A DNA stretch of 32,000 bases from Pirellula staleyi DSM 6068 (GCA_000025185.1 CP001848.1:90001-122000), one strand, 5' to 3'. Positions 1-8,772 are shown, counted from the stretch's first letter. The notes: generated from the sequence alone by a model not told the origin. Translations and numbers: made by a program.

Positions 1-113
1 TTGTACTCGAGAGCTACGGCAATCCCCTTCTCGAAATCGTTCTGGGTGAAGATAGGGTTCAGCAGTGAGTGGTCGATCATCTTGGCGAGATCGGCAACGG
101 TATAGTCGGACAT
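1..113 (-). CDS. Deoxyribose-phosphate aldolase (DeoC)-family class I aldolase, N-terminal fragment; the gene continues beyond the window start
   Basis: The reverse complement of 1-113 reads MSDYTVADLAKMIDHSLLNPIFTQNDFEKGIAVALEY. The IDH(S/T)xL(K/N)P...(D)(I/F)xK...A..Y pattern is the typical DeoC N-terminus. ATG is at 113-111. Only 37 codons are visible. Confidence 0.5.
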   Translation of the reverse strand, partial: MSDYTVADLAKMIDHSLLNPIFTQNDFEKGIAVALEY

Positions 114-168
114 GATGAGGTTCTCTTGGTGATGAATGTGTATGGCAGGTTGCCCGCCCTGTATTTCA

Positions 169-206
169 GAAATCGTGGAAAATCGTAAGGTTTTTTCGCG
201 ATTTTC
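169..206. repeat. Three copies of an AAATCG core: GAAATCGT at 169-176, GAAAATCGT at 178-186, and inverted CGATTTTC at 199-206. The last two form an 8-bp stem (178-185 / 199-206)
   Basis: Read directly from the sequence. The site lies in the 136-bp spacer between the TIM-barrel gene stop (250) and the aldolase start (113), both on the minus strand. Confidence 0.4.
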
Positions 207-249
207 AACCGTTCTCTCACGAGCGTGAATCTTGTTACTGCTAGTCAAA

Positions 250-1173
250 TCAATGATTGCGTGGCAGGAATTGGCGGAGGTAGTTCGCACTTTGCACGAC
301 CGATGCTTTACGTGCCTCGAGCGAGTGCTCGAAGGCGCGGTCTTCGACTTCGATACAAACAGGCCCATGGTAAGGAGCATCGCTGAGGACCGACAGGAAG
401 TTCCCCCAGTTGATATCGCCCAAACCTGGAATTTTGGGGGTATGGAACTTGAGTGGCTCGGCCATGATTCCGACTTCGGCCAGAGCTGCCCGATCAACAC
501 GCGCATCTTTTGCGTGCACATGAAACAGCTTCGAGGCGAACTCTTTCAACGGCGCGGTGTAATCGATTTGCTGCCATGCAAAGTGCGACGGATCAAAGTT
601 CAGGCCCAGATAGTCGCTTGCTAGATCGGTGAAGAGTCGGCGCCAAATCGGAGGGGTGGTGCAGAGATTTTTGCCACCGGGCCACTCATCTTTGGTGAAG
701 ATCATCGGGCAATTTTCGATGCCGATCTTGATTTGCAACGCTTCAGCACGACGAACAATCGGCTCCCACACACGTAGCATGCGAGGCCAGTTCGTGTCGA
801 CAGACTCAAACTGGTTGCGACCGATGAAGGTGTTCATGCGCGACAGACCGAGCTCAGCAGCGGCTTCGATCACGCGCACAATATGCGAGGCCGACATGGT
901 CGCCTCAGCCTCGTCGTGCGAGAGAGCATTGGGATAGTAGCCCAGCGCGCTGATCGCAACTCCGGTGTCGCTCACAAGGGACTCGAGTTCCGACTTGCTC
1001 GAGGGGGTGACGAGATTGACATCGAGGTGGGTCACACCGGCGTAGCGTCGTTCTGCGCGACCGACGGGCCAGCACATCACTTCGACGCAATCGAGTCCCG
1101 CCGTCGCTGAGAATTCGAGCACTTCACGCAAATTCAAATCGGGCAAAATGGCTGAGCAAATTCCGAGTTGCAC
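250..1173 (-). CDS. Sugar phosphate isomerase/epimerase (xylose isomerase-like TIM barrel family)
   Basis: 307-aa ORF with a GTG start and GGAG 11 nt upstream. N-terminus is MQLGICSAILPDLNLREVLEFSATAGLDCVEV. Internal segments IKIGIENCP, NFDPSHF, HVHAKD and CIEVED match the metal-binding TIM-barrel (AP endonuclease 2 / xylose isomerase-like) pattern. Confidence 0.85.
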   Translation of the reverse strand: MQLGICSAILPDLNLREVLEFSATAGLDCVEVMCWPVGRAERRYAGVTHLDVNLVTPSSKSELESLVSDTGVAISALGYYPNALSHDEAEATMSASHIVRVIEAAAELGLSRMNTFIGRNQFESVDTNWPRMLRVWEPIVRRAEALQIKIGIENCPMIFTKDEWPGGKNLCTTPPIWRRLFTDLASDYLGLNFDPSHFAWQQIDYTAPLKEFASKLFHVHAKDARVDRAALAEVGIMAEPLKFHTPKIPGLGDINWGNFLSVLSDAPYHGPVCIEVEDRAFEHSLEARKASVVQSANYLRQFLPRNH

Positions 1174-1236
1174 TGCAGTCGATCTCCGTCGAAAGTTATC
1201 AAAATAAGGGGCTGGTGAAAGTCTCGTCAGGCATGT

Positions 1237-2388
1237 TTAGCGCGGCACTTCGACCCAGCTTTGCGCTGTGTGACTCTTGAGTAGCGCTTCGCACAGTACG
1301 ACTTCACGATGACCATCCGCAAAGGTGGGAAACGTAGCTGGCGCGCGAAAGTCGCCTGCTTCAATATAGTCGTAAAACGCTCGAAAGAGCTGCTTAAACG
1401 TGTCGGGAAAACCTTCCACATGCCCGCCAGGATAGTTGGCATAGCGACGCACTTCACCGGCCATCAGCGAAGGATCGCGCGAGAGAAGTTCGCTCGGCTG
1501 ATCGCGGCGACCAATCCAGAGCTGATCGGGCTTCTCGCTATTCCAGCTAACCGACGCCTTGCTGCCAGCGATTTCGTACGACACTTCGTTCTTGCGTCCT
1601 GCAGTGACTTGCGAGACATCGAGCACGCCCCGCGCACCACCAGCGAATTTCAGCAGCACACCAGCTGCATCGTCGGTAGTGATATCGACCGGTTCGCGAT
1701 CGACAGCTGGCTTGTTCTTTCCGCTGAACGTCTCGATTTCTCCTTTGGGGCGCTGACGAACAGGATGAACGGTTTGCAGATCACAAACGACGCGCTCGAT
1801 TTCAAGTCCCGTCATCGACTGCACGAGGTCGAGCCAGTGGGTGCCGATATCGGCGAGCGCACGCAACTTGCCCCCCGCTTCTTCCAGCACGCGCCAGTTG
1901 TAGTCGGTATCGAACAGCAGCCAGTCTTGGCGATAACTGCCGCACACCGAATAGATCTCACCCAGTTCGCCAGCGCGAATCATCGCGCGCACCTGCAAGT
2001 TGAGAGGATAGAACCGAACGTTGTAGGCTACGCCGCACGCGACATTCGAGCGCGCGGCCAGCGCGGCGAGTTCGGCTGTTTCGCGGCTGTTCATCGCCAG
2101 CGGCTTTTCGCACATCACATGCTTGCCAGCAGCGATGGCGCGACAGCAGTACTCATAATGCAGCACGTTGGGTAGCGCTAGATGAACAGCGGTCACATCG
2201 GGGTCGGCCAGGAGTTCGTCGAGCGAGGCATACCCCTTTTCGACACCTTGAGCGAGCGCTGCGGCGCGTGATTTCTCGGGAGTGCTTCCGAGCAGACCGA
2301 CAATGCGAATGCCGAGCCGCCGAAGTGCTTCGAGATGTACCGGACCGATAAATCCGGCACCAGCGATTGCGACTCCATGCTTACGCAT
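1237..2388 (-). CDS. Gfo/Idh/MocA family NAD(P)-dependent oxidoreductase
   Basis: I start at ATG 2388 ([22 protein letters not shown], a Rossmann GxGxxG at the N-terminus) with AGGAA upstream. The 32 extra codons in the ORF track are probably not translated. The EKP motif (CEKPLA) is typical of the family. 383 aa. Confidence 0.9.
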   Translation of the reverse strand: MRKHGVAIAGAGFIGPVHLEALRRLGIRIVGLLGSTPEKSRAAALAQGVEKGYASLDELLADPDVTAVHLALPNVLHYEYCCRAIAAGKHVMCEKPLAMNSRETAELAALAARSNVACGVAYNVRFYPLNLQVRAMIRAGELGEIYSVCGSYRQDWLLFDTDYNWRVLEEAGGKLRALADIGTHWLDLVQSMTGLEIERVVCDLQTVHPVRQRPKGEIETFSGKNKPAVDREPVDITTDDAAGVLLKFAGGARGVLDVSQVTAGRKNEVSYEIAGSKASVSWNSEKPDQLWIGRRDQPSELLSRDPSLMAGEVRRYANYPGGHVEGFPDTFKQLFRAFYDYIEAGDFRAPATFPTFADGHREVVLCEALLKSHTAQSWVEVPR

Positions 2389-2575
2389 CGCAAGGTTCCT
2401 TTTTCTGCGAGATTTGAGCGTTATTTCAGTGGAACAAGCGGCCATGCTGTCGAGGAAGAATCGACATGGCGTCGCGTGGGACAAGTCGGGTATTCTACCG
2501 ACAGAATCGAGCGGCGGACATGTACAACTGACACGTAAAATTGCTAATTCCGCGAAGCCCCTGGGAGATCACACG

Positions 2576-3424
2576 ATGCGACGACTGCCGACTACACGTC
2601 GCACTCTGCTCTGGGGGGGACTTGCGCTAGTCTGGTGTGCGGCAAGCTCAACCTGGGGCGACGAGGCTGCGATCCCTGGCAGTGGCGCGGAAAGTGACGA
2701 CGAGCTCTTTCGCTATACGCCCCCCGAGTCGTTTCAGCTCTGGATCACCGAGCGAGCGCGGGAGCAGATGCCGAGCGAGTATGAAAAAACGACCGGCTGG
2801 GGAAACACCACACGCATTCTTTCAGGCTGGAAGGTAGAGCGCGAGGGGATCAAAGTCGAAACGCGGCGACGCTACAAGGAAGTGAACCACGGTACCTGGA
2901 AAAAATATCGCGTGGTGCCGATTCGGCCCGATGAACATGTCCTCGCGCGAGTCCTCGAGATTCGCGAGCAAGCCGATGCCACCTACGCCATGGACGTCGT
3001 GTGCCACGCCAAGCTGAACATCGAGGGACGCATCTCGCAGTGGAGCCACGGCCTGCAACTTGTCAGCTTGTCGGCAGAAGCAGTCACCGACGTTTCGCTG
3101 TTTGTCACGCTGCAGATCAAGCCGCAACTCAATCCGGCTGTCTTTCCACCAACACTCAGCATCGACCTCGAAGCGACCAAGGCCGATATCATCATCGATC
3201 GATTTCGTCTGCAGCGGATTAGCAAACTCGATGGCCCGCTCGTGAAGTCACTCTCCGACGAAACCAAAGAGCTCGCCGAAGAAGCGATCGAGAAACAGCG
3301 GAGCAAACTTCTCACGAGCCTCAACAAGGCTATTGTGAAGCACAAAGACAAGCTCAAGCTGAACCCGGCCGACTTGCTTTCGATACGCAGTAGTGCCAGA
3401 CCGGTCGAGAAGACAGTTCGCTAA
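2576..3424 (+). CDS. Secreted hypothetical protein
   Basis: The 380-aa ORF is trimmed to ATG 2576, giving MRRLPTTRRTLLWGGLALVWCAASSTWG, a basic n-region plus hydrophobic core typical of a signal peptide. The upstream part of the ORF overlaps the divergent oxidoreductase gene. I recognise no family. Confidence 0.6.
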   Translation: MRRLPTTRRTLLWGGLALVWCAASSTWGDEAAIPGSGAESDDELFRYTPPESFQLWITERAREQMPSEYEKTTGWGNTTRILSGWKVEREGIKVETRRRYKEVNHGTWKKYRVVPIRPDEHVLARVLEIREQADATYAMDVVCHAKLNIEGRISQWSHGLQLVSLSAEAVTDVSLFVTLQIKPQLNPAVFPPTLSIDLEATKADIIIDRFRLQRISKLDGPLVKSLSDETKELAEEAIEKQRSKLLTSLNKAIVKHKDKLKLNPADLLSIRSSARPVEKTVR

Positions 3425-3481
3425 ACGCTGCCAGATTGTGCGCGATAGATTCTGCGACTGAAGACGAGCCGCTATGCTCGG

Positions 3482-4540
3482 CTACTTTGTCACTTCCGAC
3501 AACTTGCGGCGGAGATCGGCGCAGACGTTATCAAACCCTGCTGGCGATGGCGCGACAGCCCGCGACACCTGTTTTTCGAGCGATTTCAGGTCGTTTTCGA
3601 TCACTTCGGTGTCGCTGGTCGAGGTGACCATGGTTCGAGCGATCAGAGGAACTACGCTCGTACCGGTATGGAAGTAGCCGCAGTTACGCCCTCCATGTTT
3701 GGCGGCGTAGAGCGCTTCGTCGGCACGCGCGATGAGCTGTTTTTGATCGTCACTTGCGCTCGGCTGTGCAAGCCCGAAGCTGGCAGTAATTCGCAGCGCA
3801 ACACCTTCGTGACGGAACGTACTCGAGGCAATTGCCTGTTGTATGCGTGCGATCGTGATTGCGCCCCCTTCGATGCCGCTATCGACCAGCAGAATCGCGA
3901 ACTCTTCGCCCCCATAACGGGCAACAAGATCGGTGTCGCGCACTGCTGCGCTCAAGAGCTTGCCGAGTTGTTTCAGCACGGCATCGCCAGCCTGATGACC
4001 ATACTGATCGTTGACAGGCTTAAAGTGATCGACGTCGACGAGCACCAGCATGAGCGCGGTGCCGTGACGCTTCCACTGCGAAAGTCGTCGTGCAAATTCG
4101 TCGTCGAAAGCGCGGCGATTGGCTAGTCCAGTGAGCGCGTCGGTTCGCGCTTCGTTCATGATTTGGTTAATCTCGCTCGCTTGGCGAGCCAGTGTCGATT
4201 CTGCGATGGTCAATTTTTCTTGAAGCTGCTCGTTCGCCTGCATCACGTGCGTCACGAGATCGGCGGGAACAGCAGGCGTGGTTTTGGAATCGCTCATCCC
4301 TTTGGCAAATCGCTCGATGACCGCGCGGTACTGCGAAACATCGCTCGCCACGCCACTAGTCAGCCGCATCATCCCTGCCATGAGCTCGATCATCAGCTGC
4401 GGATCGAGGGCACTCTTGACCGCCGAGGGCATACGCCGCCCGAGATAGATGCCAATAGCCAAGCCGAGACAGAGAAGTAGCGAGGCAAAAGCTACTCCCG
4501 AAAAGAAACCGGGAACGACGTTGGCAACCAGCGGGGACAT
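3482..4540 (-). CDS. Membrane-anchored diguanylate cyclase (GGDEF domain)
   Basis: ATG at 4540 with GGAG 8 nt upstream. There is an N-terminal TM segment (VVPGFFSGVAFASLLLCLGLAIGIYLG) followed by a coiled-coil-like linker. GGDEF-domain signatures are DALTGLANRRAF and RYGGEEF. An RxxD I-site (RDTD) sits exactly 5 residues upstream of GGEEF. Confidence 0.9.
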   Translation of the reverse strand: MSPLVANVVPGFFSGVAFASLLLCLGLAIGIYLGRRMPSAVKSALDPQLMIELMAGMMRLTSGVASDVSQYRAVIERFAKGMSDSKTTPAVPADLVTHVMQANEQLQEKLTIAESTLARQASEINQIMNEARTDALTGLANRRAFDDEFARRLSQWKRHGTALMLVLVDVDHFKPVNDQYGHQAGDAVLKQLGKLLSAAVRDTDLVARYGGEEFAILLVDSGIEGGAITIARIQQAIASSTFRHEGVALRITASFGLAQPSASDDQKQLIARADEALYAAKHGGRNCGYFHTGTSVVPLIARTMVTSTSDTEVIENDLKSLEKQVSRAVAPSPAGFDNVCADLRRKLSEVTK

Positions 4541-4640
4541 CAGCACCACTCCACACCGACGGAATCACTTAATTGCATGGAATTGTGCAAAGTTAGGTTA
4601 ATTCCCAAGCAATTCCAGCAATCGGGGCTTTTGTCAATCG

Positions 4641-4698
4641 CGATCCTAGCCGGTGTGCAAGCACGACCAGTAGCGATTCGGATCGTAACGATCCTAGC
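4641..4698. repeat. Exact 10-bp direct repeat CGATCCTAGC at 4641-4650 and 4689-4698
   Basis: Read directly from the sequence. It lies in the 229-bp spacer between the cupin stop (4770) and the GGDEF start (4540), so it is in the terminator or promoter zone. An inverted pair GGAATTG (4580-4586) / CAATTCC (4610-4616) lies nearer the GGDEF start. Confidence 0.35.
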
Positions 4699-4769
4699 AG
4701 TCATGCTCCCTCGCCCGGAGTGTCTCCGTCAACTGTATTGAGCGAATTCTGCGACCTCGAAGCGGGCAA

Positions 4770-5177
4770 CTAGATGCCACGCAGTGAAGCCCACGGCTCT
4801 TCGGTGCTGACATCGATCAGCGCAGGGCCTTCGAACTTGGCGGGCGAGAGAATGGCGAGCAGCACGAGCGTGTCGTCCCCGACGTTGTAGCTGCCATGCA
4901 CCATGTCCATCGGAATGTGGGCGACATCCCCGACACGCAAAATTTTTCGTTCCTGGTCGACCCACTGTTCGCAGGTCCCCGAAACGACATAGATGATCTC
5001 TTCCATGGTCGGATGACGGTGGAAGGCATGCCCTTGGCCGGGAGGCATGTTGACCCGCACCAGTTGCAGCAGCTGAGCCTCGACGAGATCGGGGCGGCAG
5101 AGCCATTCGTGTGGTCCCCACGGCAAATGCTCGACAATCTTGTTTTCTTCGGTGACAAACCGAGTGGCTGGCGACAT
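4770..5177 (-). CDS. Cupin domain protein
   Basis: 135 aa. Cupin motif 1 is GQGHAFHRHPTMEEIIYVVSG and motif 2 is GDVAHIPMDMVHGSYN. Confidence 0.8.
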   Translation of the reverse strand: MSPATRFVTEENKIVEHLPWGPHEWLCRPDLVEAQLLQLVRVNMPPGQGHAFHRHPTMEEIIYVVSGTCEQWVDQERKILRVGDVAHIPMDMVHGSYNVGDDTLVLLAILSPAKFEGPALIDVSTEEPWASLRGI

Positions 5178-5307
5178 GAGAGGTGTCTTTACGAGGAGTA
5201 ACGAAGTGGAATGGCGTGGAGCATGTTTTCAGTCGAGAGCGCGCGAAATGCAAGTGGTGCCGGGTGCACTTAGATACCTCTCGGGTGGGCTTATTCGACG
5301 AGCAGAC

Positions 5308-6456
5308 TTATTCGGTAATCGAAGTCCAGCGATCGCTGGGCAGATTGATGGGGTGCAGCTCGATTTCCACGCCTGGCCCGGGAGTTACGAGAAGCGCCCG
5401 AAGTCCCAGCTGTGTGATCAGCTGCGTTGCTTCGCTAAGTCCAAGCACAAAACAAGCGGTGGAAAGTGCGTCGGCATCGGCGGCTGAAGGGGCAATCACC
5501 GTAGCCGAGAGAACTCCCGATGCTGGTTGCCCGGTACGTGGGTCGAGGATATGCCCGTAACGTTTTCCCTGGTGATGAAAGTACTGGTTGCCTGTTCCGG
5601 AGGTTCCGAGCGCTTCGTTCTCGAGACGAATTTCGGCGAGACGCTGCTGCGGCTTGAGCGGGTGACGTAGCGCGACGCGCCAACCCTGAAAGCGTGGCTC
5701 GTTACTAGATGCTTCAGTAGCGCCGGGCGCGGTCGATTTCTCCGGTGGATAGCGATCCCCGATCGCCAAAATGCTGCTGTTGCCTCCATGCAGCAGGGCA
5801 TTGGCGACTCCTTGCTGGCGGAGCAACTCGCCACACCGATCGAGCGTGTAGCCCTTCCCAATCGCGCCGAGGTTGATCTCGACCCCGGGGCGAGCGAAGC
5901 GAACAGTTTGCGAGTCGCGGTCGAGCAGCAAATGCTGGCTTCCCACCACGTCGAGCGCAGCTGCAATTTCGTCCGCTGTCGGCACCCGTCCTTCGCGGCG
6001 ATAGAACCCCCAGCACTTGGTTAGCGGAGCCGATGTAATATCGAATGCGCGACCGGTTTGCTCGTGCAGCCGACATGCGTGGGCCAGAAGTTCAAACAGC
6101 CGACCTTCCACCAAGACCGCTTCGCGCGCTGCTGTTTGGTTCAGCCGCGAGACCTCGCTGTGCGAACGAAACACGGTGAGCTGATCTTCGAGCGTCTCGA
6201 CAAGATCGAGCGCCTCCAGCGCTCCCTCGGCACCCCGGGCATGCTCGCTAGCGGGAAGGATGACCTCCCAGGTGCAGGCCATCGCCTCGCGGGCGACCTC
6301 CAGCAAATGGGTTGGCCGCTGCGACTTCACCGACGACGGCGGCGGAAGCTCCCCACGACCTGCCAGCACATCGGCGGCAGCTTCGAGGGCACTTCGGCCG
6401 GTCAAAAACTCGCGGCGGCTCGTTCGTGTCGATTCGTCGGATGGCACGCGAAACAC
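5308..6456 (-). CDS. apbE: FAD:protein FMN transferase (ApbE family) with a twin-arginine signal
   Basis: 382 aa. Tat-like SRREFLTGRSALEAAA is near the N-terminus. ApbE signatures are INLGAIGKGYTLDR and ALGTSGTGNQYF. The start is uncertain: GTG at 6456 or GTG at 6447. Confidence 0.85.
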   Translation of the reverse strand: MFRVPSDESTRTSRREFLTGRSALEAAADVLAGRGELPPPSSVKSQRPTHLLEVAREAMACTWEVILPASEHARGAEGALEALDLVETLEDQLTVFRSHSEVSRLNQTAAREAVLVEGRLFELLAHACRLHEQTGRAFDITSAPLTKCWGFYRREGRVPTADEIAAALDVVGSQHLLLDRDSQTVRFARPGVEINLGAIGKGYTLDRCGELLRQQGVANALLHGGNSSILAIGDRYPPEKSTAPGATEASSNEPRFQGWRVALRHPLKPQQRLAEIRLENEALGTSGTGNQYFHHQGKRYGHILDPRTGQPASGVLSATVIAPSAADADALSTACFVLGLSEATQLITQLGLRALLVTPGPGVEIELHPINLPSDRWTSITE

Positions 6457-6623
6457 TGCTCCAGGGAAGGTAATTCAGGCGTTTTCGGGGGGGTTGCGAG
6501 GTGGCAGAGAGCCCTGCTAAGCGGTTTGCTGCTCGCCTCCGTACAGTTTAGCCACTCGCGGCTGCAGCCGCCGAACGGTCTGTAACAGATTCAGCAGAAA
6601 TCTCTTGCACCCACCTATTATTA

Positions 6624-6689
6624 CTGACGACAATACGCCCTATCTGACGAATCTTTCGGTGCGCTCACCCCCCTGCTTATCTTTCGGTG
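6624..6689. repeat. Direct repeats: CTGACGA at 6624-6630 and 6644-6650, and ATCTTTCGGTG (11 bp, exact) at 6651-6661 and 6679-6689
   Basis: Read directly from the sequence. The repeats sit in the 352-bp divergent intergenic region between apbE (minus) and the 6809 gene (plus). Confidence 0.4.
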
Positions 6690-6808
6690 AGTTGCTACCT
6701 GCTTGAACGATGATTTGCGGTGGGGCCTGAGACTGGGCTCGGTGGTTGGCTTTAGTGGTTAGCTCCGTCGTTTGTCGCATGTTGTCTTGCGATCGGGAGG
6801 CATTCGCC

Positions 6809-7759
6809 ATGTATCAAACTTGTCCGTTGTGCCGGCAGCAGATTCCGTATCAGCAGATGGCGGCGCACGAAGAGCAGCATCGTCGCTTGGCGACTGTTGG
6901 AGTACCGACAGGTGTCGCTTCGAGCACTCCACTGGCGATTCCTCACGGACCGACCATTCAACCAACCCTCACCGCGCCTCAAGTGGCTCCCTATCGCGGT
7001 GGAACTCCGCAGGTGTTTGTCCACAAAGCTTGCTCGAGCGCGACGATGATCCCGCCCGAGTATGTGCGCAACTATCTCCACGACCCATTTGTGTTTCCCG
7101 ATGCCTGGCCCTGCAGCGGCTGTCAGCGTCCGGTCGCTACTAGCGAACTGTTTTGGGAAGGGACGCAAACGACCCTGCTCGAGTATGGTCGTCAGCTGCG
7201 GATTGAATACATCCAGGAAAAAGGGCTCAACCCGGCCGATTTCGACTGGGGACCGACTGGTCCGATGCGACGCGCAGTGGTGCGCAAGTCGGACATCGGC
7301 GGCATGCTGGCCACCACAGCGCTCGTGGGTGGAGTGGTGCTCGTTGGCTGCGTGATGCTGGGAGTTGGCGTCTATTTATTTGCTTCGGTAATGCCTGATG
7401 GCGATGCCAATACTGCCACGCCCACCGTCGTAACGCAGCCGGCTGGAAACAATGGATCGACGGTTGCTGCGCCTCCACCACCGGTGGCCAGCAACGGTCC
7501 CTCGCCATACACGCCACCGGCGATTCCGAGTCCGATGATTCCGTCGCCGCCGAGCTTCGAACCACCTTCGTTTCGGCCACCCACGTCCTCTTTTGGACCT
7601 GGAGGCACGTACGATCCTCGTGCCGATATCAATCGACAATTGGAAGAGTCGCGGCAACGCTCGGAACAAATGCGCCGCGAAAGTGAAGAGCGGATGCGCG
7701 AGATTCAAGACCGCATGCGACGACGAAGCGAGGAGTTGCGCTCGCGGTTTGGACCGTAA
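6809..7759 (+). CDS. Hypothetical single-pass membrane protein with Cys-pair N-terminal modules, a Pro-rich segment and an Arg/Glu-rich tail
   Basis: ATG at 6809 is preceded by GGGAGG at 6795-6800. The N-terminus is MYQTCPLCRQQIPYQQMAAHEEQH (CxxC...HxxxH). A second pair is CSGC, in AWPCSGCQRP. The TM helix is GGMLATTALVGGVVLVGCVMLGVGVYLFASV. PPPPVASNGPSPYTPPAIPSPMIPSPPSFEPPSFRPP follows, then a charged tail QLEESRQRSEQMRRESEERMREIQDRMRRRSEELRSRF. Confidence 0.6.
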   Translation: MYQTCPLCRQQIPYQQMAAHEEQHRRLATVGVPTGVASSTPLAIPHGPTIQPTLTAPQVAPYRGGTPQVFVHKACSSATMIPPEYVRNYLHDPFVFPDAWPCSGCQRPVATSELFWEGTQTTLLEYGRQLRIEYIQEKGLNPADFDWGPTGPMRRAVVRKSDIGGMLATTALVGGVVLVGCVMLGVGVYLFASVMPDGDANTATPTVVTQPAGNNGSTVAAPPPPVASNGPSPYTPPAIPSPMIPSPPSFEPPSFRPPTSSFGPGGTYDPRADINRQLEESRQRSEQMRRESEERMREIQDRMRRRSEELRSRFGP

Positions 7760-7855
7760 ATTCCTGCGGTTTTTAGCACAACTGCAGCGCGAGTCAGTTG
7801 GAACATCCCGACGTGCCACGGGGGCGGCGCGGCGGGAAAGTTTGGGAAAGAAACG

Positions 7856-8680
7856 ATGAACACAGCATCTTTAGTGGCGATCTCAGAAGCAAAAACATCT
7901 AGTGTGCGCACACTCGCGTGGCGACTCCGGAGCTTGGGAGCGATCGGGCTCAGCCTCGCGCTGTGCATACCAGTCGCTGGTCAAGACACCGGTGGCCCTG
8001 GGTCGTTAGGTGGCAGTGCACCAGTAGGGGAGAAAGTCGAGAACGGTGGCGGGGTCGCTCCGAAGCCAGAAGCTGCGGCACGTGCCGCGAAGGGACTAGC
8101 CACAAAAGAACAAGCGCCAAACCCGGTGGAGAAGGCGCTCGCAGCGACGATGAGCGTCGATTTTCAGGATACGCCGCTGCGCGATGTGATCCAGTTCCTT
8201 AAGGAAACAACGGGAGTTCCGATCTATATCGCCTCCGCCAAGCTCGAAGAAACGGGGCTTTCGGACGACGTTCCTGTGTCGATCTCCGCCGAGAATCTCC
8301 CGATGATCACGGTCCTCGAGATGATTCTGGAGCCGCTCGACTTGGCCGTTGTGGACTACGAAAATCGGATTCTGATCACGTCGGCAGACGCAGCGAGTTC
8401 GATCCTCGATAGCCGCATTTACGATGTCAGTGCGATTCAGCGGGCTGCAGGTGAAGTAGTGGGCGATTCCATCACTTCCGACGAGTTGATCGAGCTCATC
8501 ACAAAGCTTGTCGAGCCTACCAACTGGAGTGCTGTCGGCGGCCCTGGTGAGATCACGCGCCTGGGTGAAAAAATCGTGATCCTCCAAGATCACCATAGCC
8601 ATCGTCAAATCGAGAAACTGCTCCGCAAGATGGCGCGCTCGCTCGACATCGACCCGAACTTGGTTCGCATCACGCGATAA
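7856..8680 (+). CDS. Secreted protein with secretin N0 (STN-like) plus secretin-N-like domains and no pore domain
   Basis: ATG at 7856 follows GGGAAAG. A signal-like segment LGAIGLSLALCIPVAGQ is present. MSVDFQDTPLRDVIQFLKETTGVPIYIAS...LPMITVLEMILEPLDLAVVDYENRILITS resembles the STN/N0 domain. SRIYDVSAI...ELIELITKLVEP...GEKIVILQDHHSHRQIEKLLRKM resembles a Secretin_N repeat. The ORF ends at 274 aa without a secretin beta-barrel. Confidence 0.65.
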   Translation: MNTASLVAISEAKTSSVRTLAWRLRSLGAIGLSLALCIPVAGQDTGGPGSLGGSAPVGEKVENGGGVAPKPEAAARAAKGLATKEQAPNPVEKALAATMSVDFQDTPLRDVIQFLKETTGVPIYIASAKLEETGLSDDVPVSISAENLPMITVLEMILEPLDLAVVDYENRILITSADAASSILDSRIYDVSAIQRAAGEVVGDSITSDELIELITKLVEPTNWSAVGGPGEITRLGEKIVILQDHHSHRQIEKLLRKMARSLDIDPNLVRITR

Positions 8681-8708
8681 GAAACCACTCGTTTGAAACT
8701 CACACGAC

Positions 8709-8737
8709 AGCCGGCCGACACAGGTGTCGCCGGCTTT
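8709..8737. terminator. Hairpin between convergent genes: GCCGGC(C)GACA cagg TGTCGCCGGC followed by TTT
   Basis: A 10-bp GC-rich stem with one bulged C, at 8710-8720 / 8725-8734, with a T-run at 8735-8737. It lies 29 nt after the stop of the 7856-8680 gene. Confidence 0.5.
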
Positions 8738-8772
8738 AAGAGTGTTCGACCGAACTAACGGAGCGAGCGTTC

